A stretch of DNA of 64,000 bases from Selaginella moellendorffii (lineage: Eukaryota > Plantae > Lycopodiophyta), in the NCBI RefSeq assembly GCF_000143415.4, contig NW_003314275.1, positions 2,674,173-2,738,172 of the forward strand, given 5' to 3'. The notes under the pieces are model-generated. The model was given only the letters and a program-made list of their open reading frames with translations. It searched no databases and was not told the DNA's origin. A program made the position numbers and the translations under genes. How positions within the stretch are numbered: position 1 is the first letter of the stretch; every line of letters starts with the position of its first letter. This document shows positions 1-11,400 of the stretch, piece by piece.

Positions 1-306
1 GATAGGGTGAACCGTGAGACAAAGTGTTGGACAAGATTTTATCGAAATGTTTTTCAGACAAGATTAATCTTTGTTTTTTGACTTTGTCAACTTTAATCAC
101 GGTGCTTTCCTTTACTCTAGGATGGATTTTAACCGTGGGAGTAGCTTCTTTAGCCCCACAGATCAATACCACATGATTGCATCAGCGATTTCGTCCTCCA
201 TGTCACCTTTAAGTTCGCCCTTCCGCTTATATAGTCAGCCTTCTCTTTTGGCGAGGAATAGGGTTTATAAAGGACTCTAGGGTCTATAAAGCCGGGCAAA
301 TCTCGT

Positions 307-1334
307 ATGGCGTTTGTGTTCTTTGTGATCTTGCTCTTATGCTCTATGTTCCAACTGGGAATCCCGACTTTGGTACATCTTTCCATTGTTCTGTGTTTCT
401 TTGATCTGACTCAAATTTGCAGGGAGGGGGCCCGGTGCCAAAATTCCAAGTTACTAGCCTTGCCGAGTATAAGCGCATGGTGAACTTGAATGAATATGAG
501 GGTCCATTTGTCCGGCTCGAAGAATACAACTATGCTGCGGCTGCCAACGGTGCTAGAGTCGTGAGCTTCAACAAGGAGGCCCAGGGTGGTGGCAACATTC
601 TCAACAGGATCAAGGACCAGCACTATAGCAGCCCATGCAGTGCCGAAGACAAGTTCGTGGTTGTGGAGCTCTCGAAGGAGATTTATGTGGGCGCAATCAT
701 CATCGTGAACTTCGATGAGGATTCATCCTATCCAAGAGATCTGGAGCTTCTAGGAAGTCTGGAGTATCCGACTGAGGAGTGGAAGCTCTTGGGGAGGTTT
801 GAGGCGAAGGATGATATCAGGTCTTTCCAGGCGTTCATACTCCCTAGGACAGATCACTCGGTAAGGTATCTCAAGCTCAGGATACTGTCACACCACCGGG
901 AGGAGTCCATCTGCACGCTTAGCACCATGATGGTGTATGAGCCCTTGATCAAGCGCACCCGTCCCCAGGTCTTTGATGCTCCATTCAAGCCAGAGCCGCC
1001 ACCATCACCTGAAGGACACATATCTTGTACGTGTCTTGGTGAAGAGATTGAGAAGGTAATTGGCCATCCTCAAGTTTAGATTGGCTAGATTTTGTCATTT
1101 GAGTTCTCTTTATTTTTCTCATGTTTGCTCTTGTCTTTGTGCAAGATGTTGGCCAAGGCGGGAAGTTGTAATGATCGGTGTTTTGATCCTTTTGTTGCTT
1201 TGATGGCACTTCCTCTTTTTCTTTACCTTTGCTCATTAGCTAAGAAATGTGGCCTAGTTGATGAAAGATTCGTTGCAGGGATCATACTCTCCTCAGGAAT
1301 GTTTTGTCTAATATTGGTGGTGTCTAAGATTTAA
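307..1334 (+). CDS. Mid-SUN (Sad1/UNC-like, SLP1/SUN3-5 type) membrane protein, copy 1, divergent
   Basis: Three in-phase exons: 307-372 (signal peptide MAFVFFVILLL...), 423-1055 (SUN motifs YNYAAAANGARV, SPCSAEDKFVVVELS, LLGSLEYPTEEW, RYLKLRILSH) and 1146-1334 (two hydrophobic segments). TATA-like ctataaa near 284. Confidence 0.85.
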
Positions 1335-4300
1335 TGCTGTGTTTTATCTATTTTGTTAATAAATGAAATTAATTATATATAAACATTCTCTTAAAAAAAT
1401 ATCAACCTATGAGGTCCAAGTGTATGGCTATGATGCCGTATATTAATATTAGCATAGTGGGATTTTGGTAGCCGTCGGATTAATTTCAATCCGGACCACT
1501 TGCTCATATATATAATCTAAGGTTTTTGGGTTAATTGAAATGCACATTTTTTGTATTCCTTTTCCATATTCAATCTATTTACATTGTTGGAAATGAGGGG
1601 CACTTTTGATTGTCCCTAAGGAGTGCTTGGATTTTTTTCAGATTTTTGGTTTAAATCTAGCTTTTGCATTATCTAAATCTTCTTTTGCTTTTAGCTTTTT
1701 TTCATTGCTCTTTCCTTTTTATTCATCTTCATGGCAGAGTAGTAGTCTCCTTCTCCTTTGACTCTGACGTAGCAATTGGTGCAATTGCTTGATACTATGC
1801 GATTGCAATTGAATAACCAAACTTAGTTGATGGTAGCATTCACAACATATGATATAGTTCCTCCTACTCTTCGTGCCAATCCTCACATTTAGCTGGAATT
1901 CTTTCATGGGAATCCTAGGGATGATGTGTACCATTGTGATTGCCACATATCATTCTTGGGATGGTACTTAACATTTGCATGATTTCCCATTTATCTCCAA
2001 GGGACGGTGTTGTAGTGGTACAATGGTTTGAGTGCAGCCATTCGTGGGGATTAGAATGTTCTCTCAGTCATCTTTAAACGCACATTCGGATATGTTGATA
2101 ATTGTAATAATGCCTTCCAACAATTGTATCGTCTTCATCAAAGACCATTTGAGTCAATGATGTAATTTAATGTTCATTTTCAAAGCTTCTTACCTTGTGC
2201 GGAGCTAAATATGTTGGAGCAGATCAAGCTAGAAATGTGGCTAACACTTCATCAAGATCTTGTTAAATTTATGCATGCACTTGCTCCAGCCAACCTTGAC
2301 AATACTCTTTGCTTGGCATAACATTATGAAATATTGTCTTTTCCACTTCTCCTTGCATGTCCTTCAACTCCACTTCCTGTGGATGATGGTGCTATTCTAA
2401 TGGAGGTTGATAGTCTTATTCCAATGGAGGTTGATGTTGTTACTACTCGAGTTCAAAGACAAGGGTGAGGACGTGGTTATGGCCATAATGTTCGCTGTTA
2501 GGTGTGTGATAAAGTTGGTTATACTTATCGGCATTATCAGCATTTTCCAGATTTGCGACCTCCATTTCCTAGGTGGAAACCTTAGCGTCAACAACATCTT
2601 GTTGATGCTACTGCAATGGAAGGGCTAGACACCAAGATGCATCCGGAAAACGAGGAATTGCACAAGTAATAGAAAGACCTTGTGTGAATAAGTTAACGAC
2701 CTTTTTATATTTCTTTCAGGAGTATTATCAAGGGGTTCATTTGGCACTAATTCATTCAAGGTTTACTTTCCAAGCTTGTTTTTATAACAAAAGGTTTTCT
2801 ATTATTCTCTTCGTGTTGGTTAATACAGGTTTGAGTTTATCTTCTATTGCTCAACCTGTTACCACACATTGCCGTCTACACTTGTATTGTGTGGTGGAGC
2901 CAGTTTTCATTCTTTATGACAACGGTTGTACATATGCATGTGCACAGGATGAGGTGGACCTAGTTATGTGTGTGGGTGATCTCAAGCTTGGGTTGCAGTC
3001 ATTGCAAATAATGCCAAGTCAAACTTTTGACCTCATCTTTGATATAAATTGGTTGTAGTGCAATCATGCGAAGTGTAACTTTGAGGCTTTTCCCCTTTGT
3101 GTCATACTTATATTTCATCTATTCCTTTCACTTTTGTACTTCTTCATCCCTCTGTTTTTACTTTTGCTTAAATTACTTTTGTCTCCCCATTACTTCCTTC
3201 TATGTTTCTGTCTTATTCTAGTTTTCCCTTTTTGAATCCCTCCGATAGTCTTTATGTTGCAGCGGTTGACTGGCTTATGAAAGAGTATGCCGATCTCTTT
3301 GAATTTGACCTATCTTTTAGGGCCAAGATTGGCACATGTCATCCAATTCCAATAAGAGATGCTCATCCAATCAAAATTCTTGTTCACCGTTGGTCACTCA
3401 AAGAGATCAAAATATTACATGCAAACGTTAAGGAGATGTTAGAAAAGGGTGTTATTTAAAAGTTGTGGAGTTCTTAGGCATGTGAACCTCATTTTGTGAC
3501 GAAATCTGATGGGAGTATTCATTTTTACATCAGCTATTATCCGTTAAACAAAATGATGGTCCCAGATGTATACCCTCTTCCTCACATTTCTGATCTTTTG
3601 GATTGTTTAGGGAGAAGTTGTTGGTTCACCAAGATAGATCTTGCTTTTGGGTACTGGTAAGTATCAATAACCAAAGAAGATATTTCTAAGACTGTTTTTT
3701 GTACACTATTTAGTTTGTACAAGTTTTTGGTGATGCCATTTGGTTTGAACAATGTTTTAGCAACTTTCCAACGGATGATAGACGAGGTTCTTTGTGATAT
3801 ATCAGAGGTGACTATTGACTTCATTGATGATATCTTGATCTATTCAGAGGGGATATGGGAGGAACATATCTGTGATATTTGTAAAGTGTTGGATTGGCTA
3901 CAAGATGTTATTTTAAAGCTGAAGTAATCAAAGTGCGTGTTTGGGTTTAAGGACACAACTTATCTTAGGTACCATATTTCTCGTAAAGGTTTGCAAGTTG
4001 ATCCTGACAAACTTGTGGTTGTTCTAAAGTTCCCTATTTTAAAGTGTGTGAATGATGTGTAGCACTTCCTAGGCAAGGTGTAATATCTTGGTTGTTTTAT
4101 GGATCATCTTTCTGATCTCACTACACCGTTGCAAACGTTGCTGAAGTCATCAATGTCATTTTTTATTTAGTCTCTGGGTTATGAGCAGGTATTCATATAT
4201 CTCAAAGAGCTTTTGACGACTCCTCTAGTTTTGGCATATCTTAACTACACTCGACTTTTCATTTTGCGTGTGGATGTTTCTGATATTAGTTTTGGAGGTG

Positions 4301-7300
4301 TGTTGATGCAAGAAAGTTCGAGTGTGTCTAATCAGTGCCATCCTATTGCGTATATAAACCATACATTACAATTAGTAGAGGTGAACTACTCCACGATAGA
4401 AAAAGAATTTTTAGTAGCAGTCTGGGTTTCAAGAAACTTCATGCATATCTACATGGTTCTTAGACGTTACTAAAAGGTGATCATGTTGCCGTTACTTCAT
4501 TTTTAAAGTGGAAGAACCTAGTTGGTCATACTGCTCGGTGGGATTTGAAGCTTCAGATATATAATTTTGATGTTGTTTATCGCTTGGGGAGTTTTATAGC
4601 TGATGCTAATGCCCTTTCTCAAGTTTTTTTTTTTCTTCACTCTCTTATTATGTTTTTGGTGAGCCTATTGTTCCAGCATTTGTGGATTTTCTAGACGAGG
4701 ACTTTATGCCGTCAGTAGTTGCTATACTTGACATTCAATGTCCACAAGGTGCAGAGCAAGATCTACCTTTTCTTGATGAGATTCATAAAGCTCAAAAGAT
4801 TGAGCTATAAATTCAAAAGCTTCAAGATAGATTTGAGAATCTTGTATCACTTGCAAATGACTTGCAATTCTGGCATTTATATTCTCAATATCACTTTAAA
4901 GACAGCCTTCTTTATTTTGTGGGGATAGATCCTGATGATCATTTATGGCTGGTGGTGCCTTCCGTCTTTATTCCATAATTTCTTTATACCTACCATGATT
5001 CTTCTGTGCTAGGTGGGCATATGGGACATCGTCATATGACTAAAAAGCTGCACAAGTCTTTTTATTGGCTAGAGATATGATATGATGTTATTCGATATAT
5101 TTGGAGTTGTGTTTGGTGTTAAGCTTGTAATACTTCCCTTCGTGCCATAGAAGGACAGTTAGAGTCAATTGCAATTTCCTGTTTGTTTGAGTTAGTGGCA
5201 TTTTATCTTATGGGACCTTTTCCACAATCTACTGCTGGCAATGAATATGATATTATTGCTTTTGACTATTTGACTTGCTGAATGGAAGTTGAAGCTTTTG
5301 CTAGTTCCTTTATAACTATTGTTGAATACTTCCTCCTCAATCAAGTGGTATTTTAGCATTCTTATCTAGAGCAGATTCTTTCAGATAATGGTCCTATATT
5401 TAAGCCCAAGGCATTTCATGTTTTGATGTCTCAGTTGGGGATATGCCACACTTTCATGAGTGTTTATCATTTACAGTTAGATGATTTGGTGGAATGGCTC
5501 ATTCAAACATTCAAAGAAATGATCGCGAAGTACGTGAACTTTCAGCATTCGGATTAGGATGGTTATTTTCTGTCTCTTTTGTATGCATATATCACAGGGG
5601 TGTAGAGTTTTATTGATGCTTCACCATATAAACTTTTATATAGTCATGATCCAATATTACCAACAAAGCTGGGTTTACCTTTGCAATTGCCACAAACTGC
5701 CCATGCTAGGTTGTGGGATTAGTATTTGATAAGCATTCTTCCACTTGTCTGAACAAAGTTCACTAAACACGTAGACCACATATAAGTGAAACAACAACAA
5801 TACTAAATGTCGCGAATATGACTTCAGGTATCGAAAGTTACCTGTCGGCCAATCCTTACGGACACTCTTACCTTACTGCCACAATGGCAAGAGGTCGGTA
5901 TTGCTAGTTCCCTTTATTAACCCCTCTTATTCAAGTGTTAGTAAACTGGACTTTGCATCTGTATTTGGCCAGATGAGCATAAGGAAGGAATTCCTAAATG
6001 TCTATTTAACTGAGCATACTTGGCCTGGCTTGTTAGTTCTCTTTTGCTCTGTCTTGCACTGGCTTGGCAAAAACATGAGACTAGTCTCTCAATATCGCTA
6101 GATGATAGTTTACCATGTCTACCAAACACCCTCGCTATCACGCCCTTTGTGTTAGTCTCATTTCAGTCCCAAATGCTATTTATGGAAAGTGTCTAGATTT
6201 GCTCATTTGGCAAATCTACGGAATGTAGAGGTCAGTCTGAACACAATGGTGTTCGTCCCATGTCCAAATTCGCAATCTAGCGCAATTCCATATTTAGTAA
6301 GTTTCGAGCTTGTCCCAGAGACTAACTCTTGGTACTAAGGGAGGCTTGGGGTGAAAGCCCAAAACCTGTGTTCCTCAAGGGAGGGGGGGGGGCTGTGGGG
6401 GGTTCCAAATGTATAGTAGGGATACTGAGTAGGTTAGGCATAGTCAACTAACTTGAGGCATAATCTAGCTCCCGCTTGCATGCTTGTCCTTGTTCTGCAT
6501 CCGGCTTGGGTCTAAGCCCAAGTTCCATTCCATGCTAGCTGGTGGAGTACCTATGTCCTTGCGTTAGGCCACCGGTATGCCGAAATAGCGCTAGGCTCTG
6601 TTTGGCTTCGTTTTGCATGCTGGTCCTGACATTGGGATGTTGGTTGCTCTAGGACTATTCCAAGTCGCTCTGGCTCCTATCCTTTCATTCCTTGGGGTAT
6701 ATGCTCGGGAGTTGCTCCGTGGTCTGGTTTCGTCACTCCTTGGCTCCATGTATGGGAGTTTGGCACCATTCCTTTGTTTAGTGGCCCAAGGCCCTGAACC
6801 TTGGATTCCGCACTTGTGTCCTTTGGACATGTGGTATATGACACGTGGCATGTGTCACGTGGCATAAAGAGGGTTTAGGTTCCACTTTGTGGTGTTATCC
6901 TATGGTAAATCACCATAGGATAAAGGGTCAAAACCACGTGCGCTACATTTGGTATCAGAGGATATGTCTCAGCGAGTACTATACAATGAGATTGGGCAAC
7001 TAGTTTCATTGCATACACAGAGATGAAAATGATGATCCGAGTGGGTACATGTTTGGGTGCAAAGGCCTCGCAATCGTTCCTTGGGTATGGTTTTTGTTAC
7101 CTTTTTGTACCCTGATAATGTGAGCTTGCTCTTAAGATGGATTGAGGTGTTCTGTTTGCACGAGTTTTCACTTGGGCGAGTGAGTTAGGCACATTAGCAA
7201 CTCGAGGCTACACTTTGAGTTGGCAGGATTAATGTTAGCCTATCGGTGGTTCCATGAGTTGTTCCATGTACCATGAGTTAAAGCAAACCTTCCCTGGGTT

Positions 7301-7637
7301 TGCTATGAGTGGCAAATAGGCTGGTCCGTAGCTATTTAGCACAACACTAGTAGATCCTTCTTAGGCAAAACTATAAGTGGATCAATCAAGACTGTAGGGA
7401 TTAGTTTATTGATTCAAGTAGTTATTGCTGTGCTCTTTTATAAACTTTTCTTGGATTGGACTGAATGCAGTGCGAAAGAAAGCTTGAGGTGTAGTCAAAG
7501 ATGAGACCAAAAAGAGAGTCCACAGGGACGAAGGATTAAGCACGTAAATCATCTTCTCTCTTGGAAAGATGATTTGCAACGAGGTGTAACTCATTGCTCG
7601 TGTTCACAATATGCAATCAAGAGTCCCTACCTTGATG

Positions 7638-7832
7638 CATGTTGGAGATGATGGTCTTACAAATGGTGAGTTATGGGATGGATAGCAATGAAGCGCTAAA
7701 CCATGTTGGAGATGATGGTCTTACAAATAGTGAGTTATAGGATGGATAACGGTGAAGCGCTAAACCATGTTAGAGATGATGGTCTTACAAATGGTGAGTT
7801 ATGGGATGGATAGCGGTGAAGCGCTAAACCAT
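7638..7832. repeat. Tandem repeat, 3 x 64 bp
   Basis: Unit catgttggagatgatggtcttacaaatggtgagttatgggatggatagc...gaagcgctaaac starts at 7638, 7702 and 7766. Confidence 0.95.
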
Positions 7833-7846
7833 TCTGTCTAGGCTTA

Positions 7847-8433
7847 TGTAAGCTCCTGAGTTTGGACTTCCTGGGAGGTCACCCAACCTAGTACTATTCA
7901 CACCCAAGGACGTTTAACCCCAAATATCCCAAGACCCTTAACTGATTGGAAAAGAGGGTGCACTTTTGTTCATGGGCTCTTTCCCTCTATATTTAAACCC
8001 CTATGGATCGTCTTTCGAGTTGTTCCCTTTGGTTGCTTACAATCCACCACACTTCCTTGCAAGTTCACACCTTCGTGAACGGAAGCTAAGAGCCGCAGCT
8101 CTCCCGAGAGCCTCGCTCTCTTGACACCCTACCCCTCAGGTCGAGCCTAGCGGGAGCAAACTGGACCAGCTACATGTCAATCAACATATGGTGTGATTCC
8201 TTTAGCCAACCAACAAAGTCGGACCCGAGACCCCTTTGATACCAAATGTAAGCTCCTGAGTTTAGACTTCCCACCCAACCCAGTACTATTCACACCCAAG
8301 AACGCTTAACCCCAAATATCCCAAAACCCTTAACCGATTGAAAAAGGGGGTGCACTCTTGTTCATGGGCCCTTTCCCTCTATATTTGAACCCCTATGGAT
8401 TGTCTCTCGAGTTGTTCCCTTTGGTTGCTTACA
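7847..8433 (-). mobile_element. Cassandra-type TRIM with a 5S rRNA-derived segment in the LTRs
   Basis: LTRs 7847-8041 and 8247-8433 with a 205-bp interior. Minus-strand PBS tggtatcaaagg and PPT aaggaagtgtggtggat; TSD gctta/gcttg. Bases 7864-7918 match the 5S rRNA internal control region. Confidence 0.92.
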
Positions 8434-11400
8434 GCTTGCTATTAGAAGACTTAGGTTGCAATACTTAATTCTTTTCCAGAGAACCTTGCTATTACTCCTT
8501 GAGTAGCTTGGTGATGGATTAAGTTTTGAGTTTGGTCAAAGAGAGTGGCATGAGCTTATCCATGTTGTGAACAAAAGTTAGTGGTGTTGGGTGTTGTAAA
8601 TCTCTATCAGTGGAGTGTGGCATTTATATTGCATTTTGTCGAATTGAGTTGACACTTGATACTCACATAAACCTTTGTAGTAGTAACATGGGCATTGCTC
8701 ATAGTGTTACTTGATTAATGCTCAAGTCATTGTGATTTTTATATCATATCCATGTGATAATGAGTAATGTGTTTACGAAGTTGCTTGGTTAAACAATGAT
8801 CAACCCCAAAATGGTTGATAGTGAAGCTAGTTTACTTGCACGACGTAGCATTGTAGTAGCTTTGACTTGGTTCTCAATGGTGGTCCATTATGCTAAGCTT
8901 GAGTGGTACCTTGTTTCTTGAGAGTTTGCCTATTAGGTGTTGGAAAGGGTTGTAACATGCATTTGCTATAGCTTGTCGGTTGATTCGTTAACACTTAGAG
9001 TAAGTTCATTGGATGGAGAAATTGTGTAATTGAGGCATTGACATCGCTAACACTTGTGTTAGTGGAAGTGGTATTGTTATTTCAAGTGATGAGGAATTTT
9101 CCTTAGAACTTGATTTTATATGTCATTTTTCTTGTTAATGTTTTGGCTTCACATTGGATCTTGAAAGTGGTTGAAGAAGAGTGTTAGTGTAATGTGGATA
9201 TCTGAAGATATGGTTTTCGTGATCAAGCCTTGGATGTTCATTTGCATTTTGTGGATGTTGGTGTTAGATATCATAAGTATGGGCAAAAAGATGTTCGAAT
9301 CTTAAGCATACTATGGATCATAAAAATTGGTGTTGAGGTGAACCTATATGAAGTTGTCGATGGGAGGAAGTTGGTTGAGTCTTGAAAGTTTGTATTCCTA
9401 GACTGAGAGTCATTCTTTTTCTAGGATGGAAATTTTCCACAAATTTTCTTATGCTTTTCCAATGGTTAATCTGTTGATCACTTTGTCCAAAAACCATTCC
9501 GTTTTCGTAATCCAGTACAAATTAGTGAAGGGGTTGAAGTTAACTCTGGTTAGCTTAGACCTTAGTAAATAGTCTGTATGATGCAACCCGAAAGGGATGC
9601 TGACTTTTGGGGTTAAGGCAATTGAGTTGAATAGAGTTTGGAGTTGGTGTAGAAAAGTGGCTGTTGCGCTTTTTTAAAAAGGGTGACCCTTGTGCCTTTC
9701 TTTTATAGCATTGTGCTTACTCTATGAGAATAGTGAGCTTTTACTGATCTTGACTTAGTCTTGGCCTTGCACCTTGGCTGAGGATAGTGATGTCCAACTT
9801 AGTTGTTTGAGTTTGAGATGTTAGTACCCATACTATAGCTTTGTCTATGAGGAGGTTGTATACCAATATGAGTCCATCTCATAGTCTTCATTTTAGTTTC
9901 CACTAAGTGTTGATCATGTATAGCTAGCCTCTTCAAGGCATGCTCAGAGCTATTAACTAGATGTGTTGGTGAGTTTATCACAGTTGAGTTGGATTCGAGT
10001 GGTCATTTAGTTCGTGCTTGTCCATGAACCTTTATCTCAGACCTGGGGTATTACATTTATATTGGACAAGTGTATGACTCAATGGCACGAGTGTAGTGTT
10101 TGGTTCTTGTGAAGGCAAGTTGAAAAGTGATTATTGGTTGCTTTGCAATTAGTGATTACTAGTAGACTTTGTCGAAGACTTTTAACACTTGCTTCACTCA
10201 ATGAAGATTTAGCAGTGATGGGCTTGCTTTACCGGATGGTGTTGCAAAGGATCATGTTGTTAGACTTACATGGGTTTTCCATGTTGACATGTCGACTCTA
10301 CCTTTATCAATATCATTGGTTGCATTTAGTTCGTAGTGTTGGATTTTATTGAGTCTTGGATGTGGTGAATCACCCCTTGGTGATGTATTATCTGTACCTG
10401 CATAATGTTGAAGGATTGGTCTTGGATACCAAGTATAGTATCTTCGACTTTAGTTAGCTTGGTTGCTAGAGAGTTTTGAGTGGTGATTCACTCTTGCTTT
10501 CTTCTAGCTTTGTTATGGTGTTGATGGTATTGAAGTGATGCTCTATCGTTGACATTATTGATGTTGAGACTCGAGTGAAATGAGGTGTCTTTCTGTAGGA
10601 TTGATATTGAGTTTCATTAGTCGTGATAAAGATAGTGTTGATGATTTGGTTGTAACTTTATGTTGTTAGCATTCGTGCATTTGCTAGTTAGCAATTGTAT
10701 TCATGTTCAAATGAATTGAGTGGCAAGTTGAGTTAGTTGTGTTCCAGACCAGATTGCTTAGTCAAGGTTAAGATTTGAGCTTTTCCTTGAAAAGTGATTC
10801 ACTCATGAACTATGTTAGCTTTACGAGAGGAAAAATTAGTGATTGATATTAGAATGTTCAAATCCTTATTGGATTTGAGTTAGAATATATCGATCATAGA
10901 TGATTCTCTTGTGCTTATTATGAAATGAGTTACGTTTTGCTATAGATGGATTTATAGAAGATTGTTTAGTGATCACTTGTTGAGCATAGCTCCATTGTGC
11001 TTGGCTTTTGGATTGATGCAAATATTTTCTTCATTAGCTTTGCATTATGAAGTTTAGCTTATAAGTATGTTGAAAAGGATATTGTGGGTTATACTATGAT
11101 TTCTTCTTTAACATTGAAGTTAATTCATGCAAAAACTTGTGATTATTGTTAGACAAGGCTTGGCTATAAGCTTCTTCAAGCTTTTCGTTCTTTGAGTTTT
11201 CATGCTCATTGTTTCATTTGTTCAGAGTTGTTGGGGAAAGACATTTTTGGCTCTTTAGCTTTGATGTTGAAGTTAGTGTTTGCATTTGGCAATCATTGGT
11301 GATGATTGACTATTATTTTAGATAGTTGATTATCCTTGTCAAGAGTTTTGCTTGATTATTGTTGATATAGATTGAGTTGCTGTTCTTCGGGATGGTAGAT

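Noticed and set aside
5901-6867. Short ORFs recurring at 5.9, 12.7 and 22.6 kb
   Set aside because: Chance frames within copies of the same LTR.
7638-7832. CRISPR-like array
   Set aside because: Head-to-tail repeats with no unique spacers; eukaryotic context; no cas genes.
7864-7918. 5S rRNA gene
   Set aside because: Only the internal 55 nt or so match, and they lie inside a TRIM LTR.
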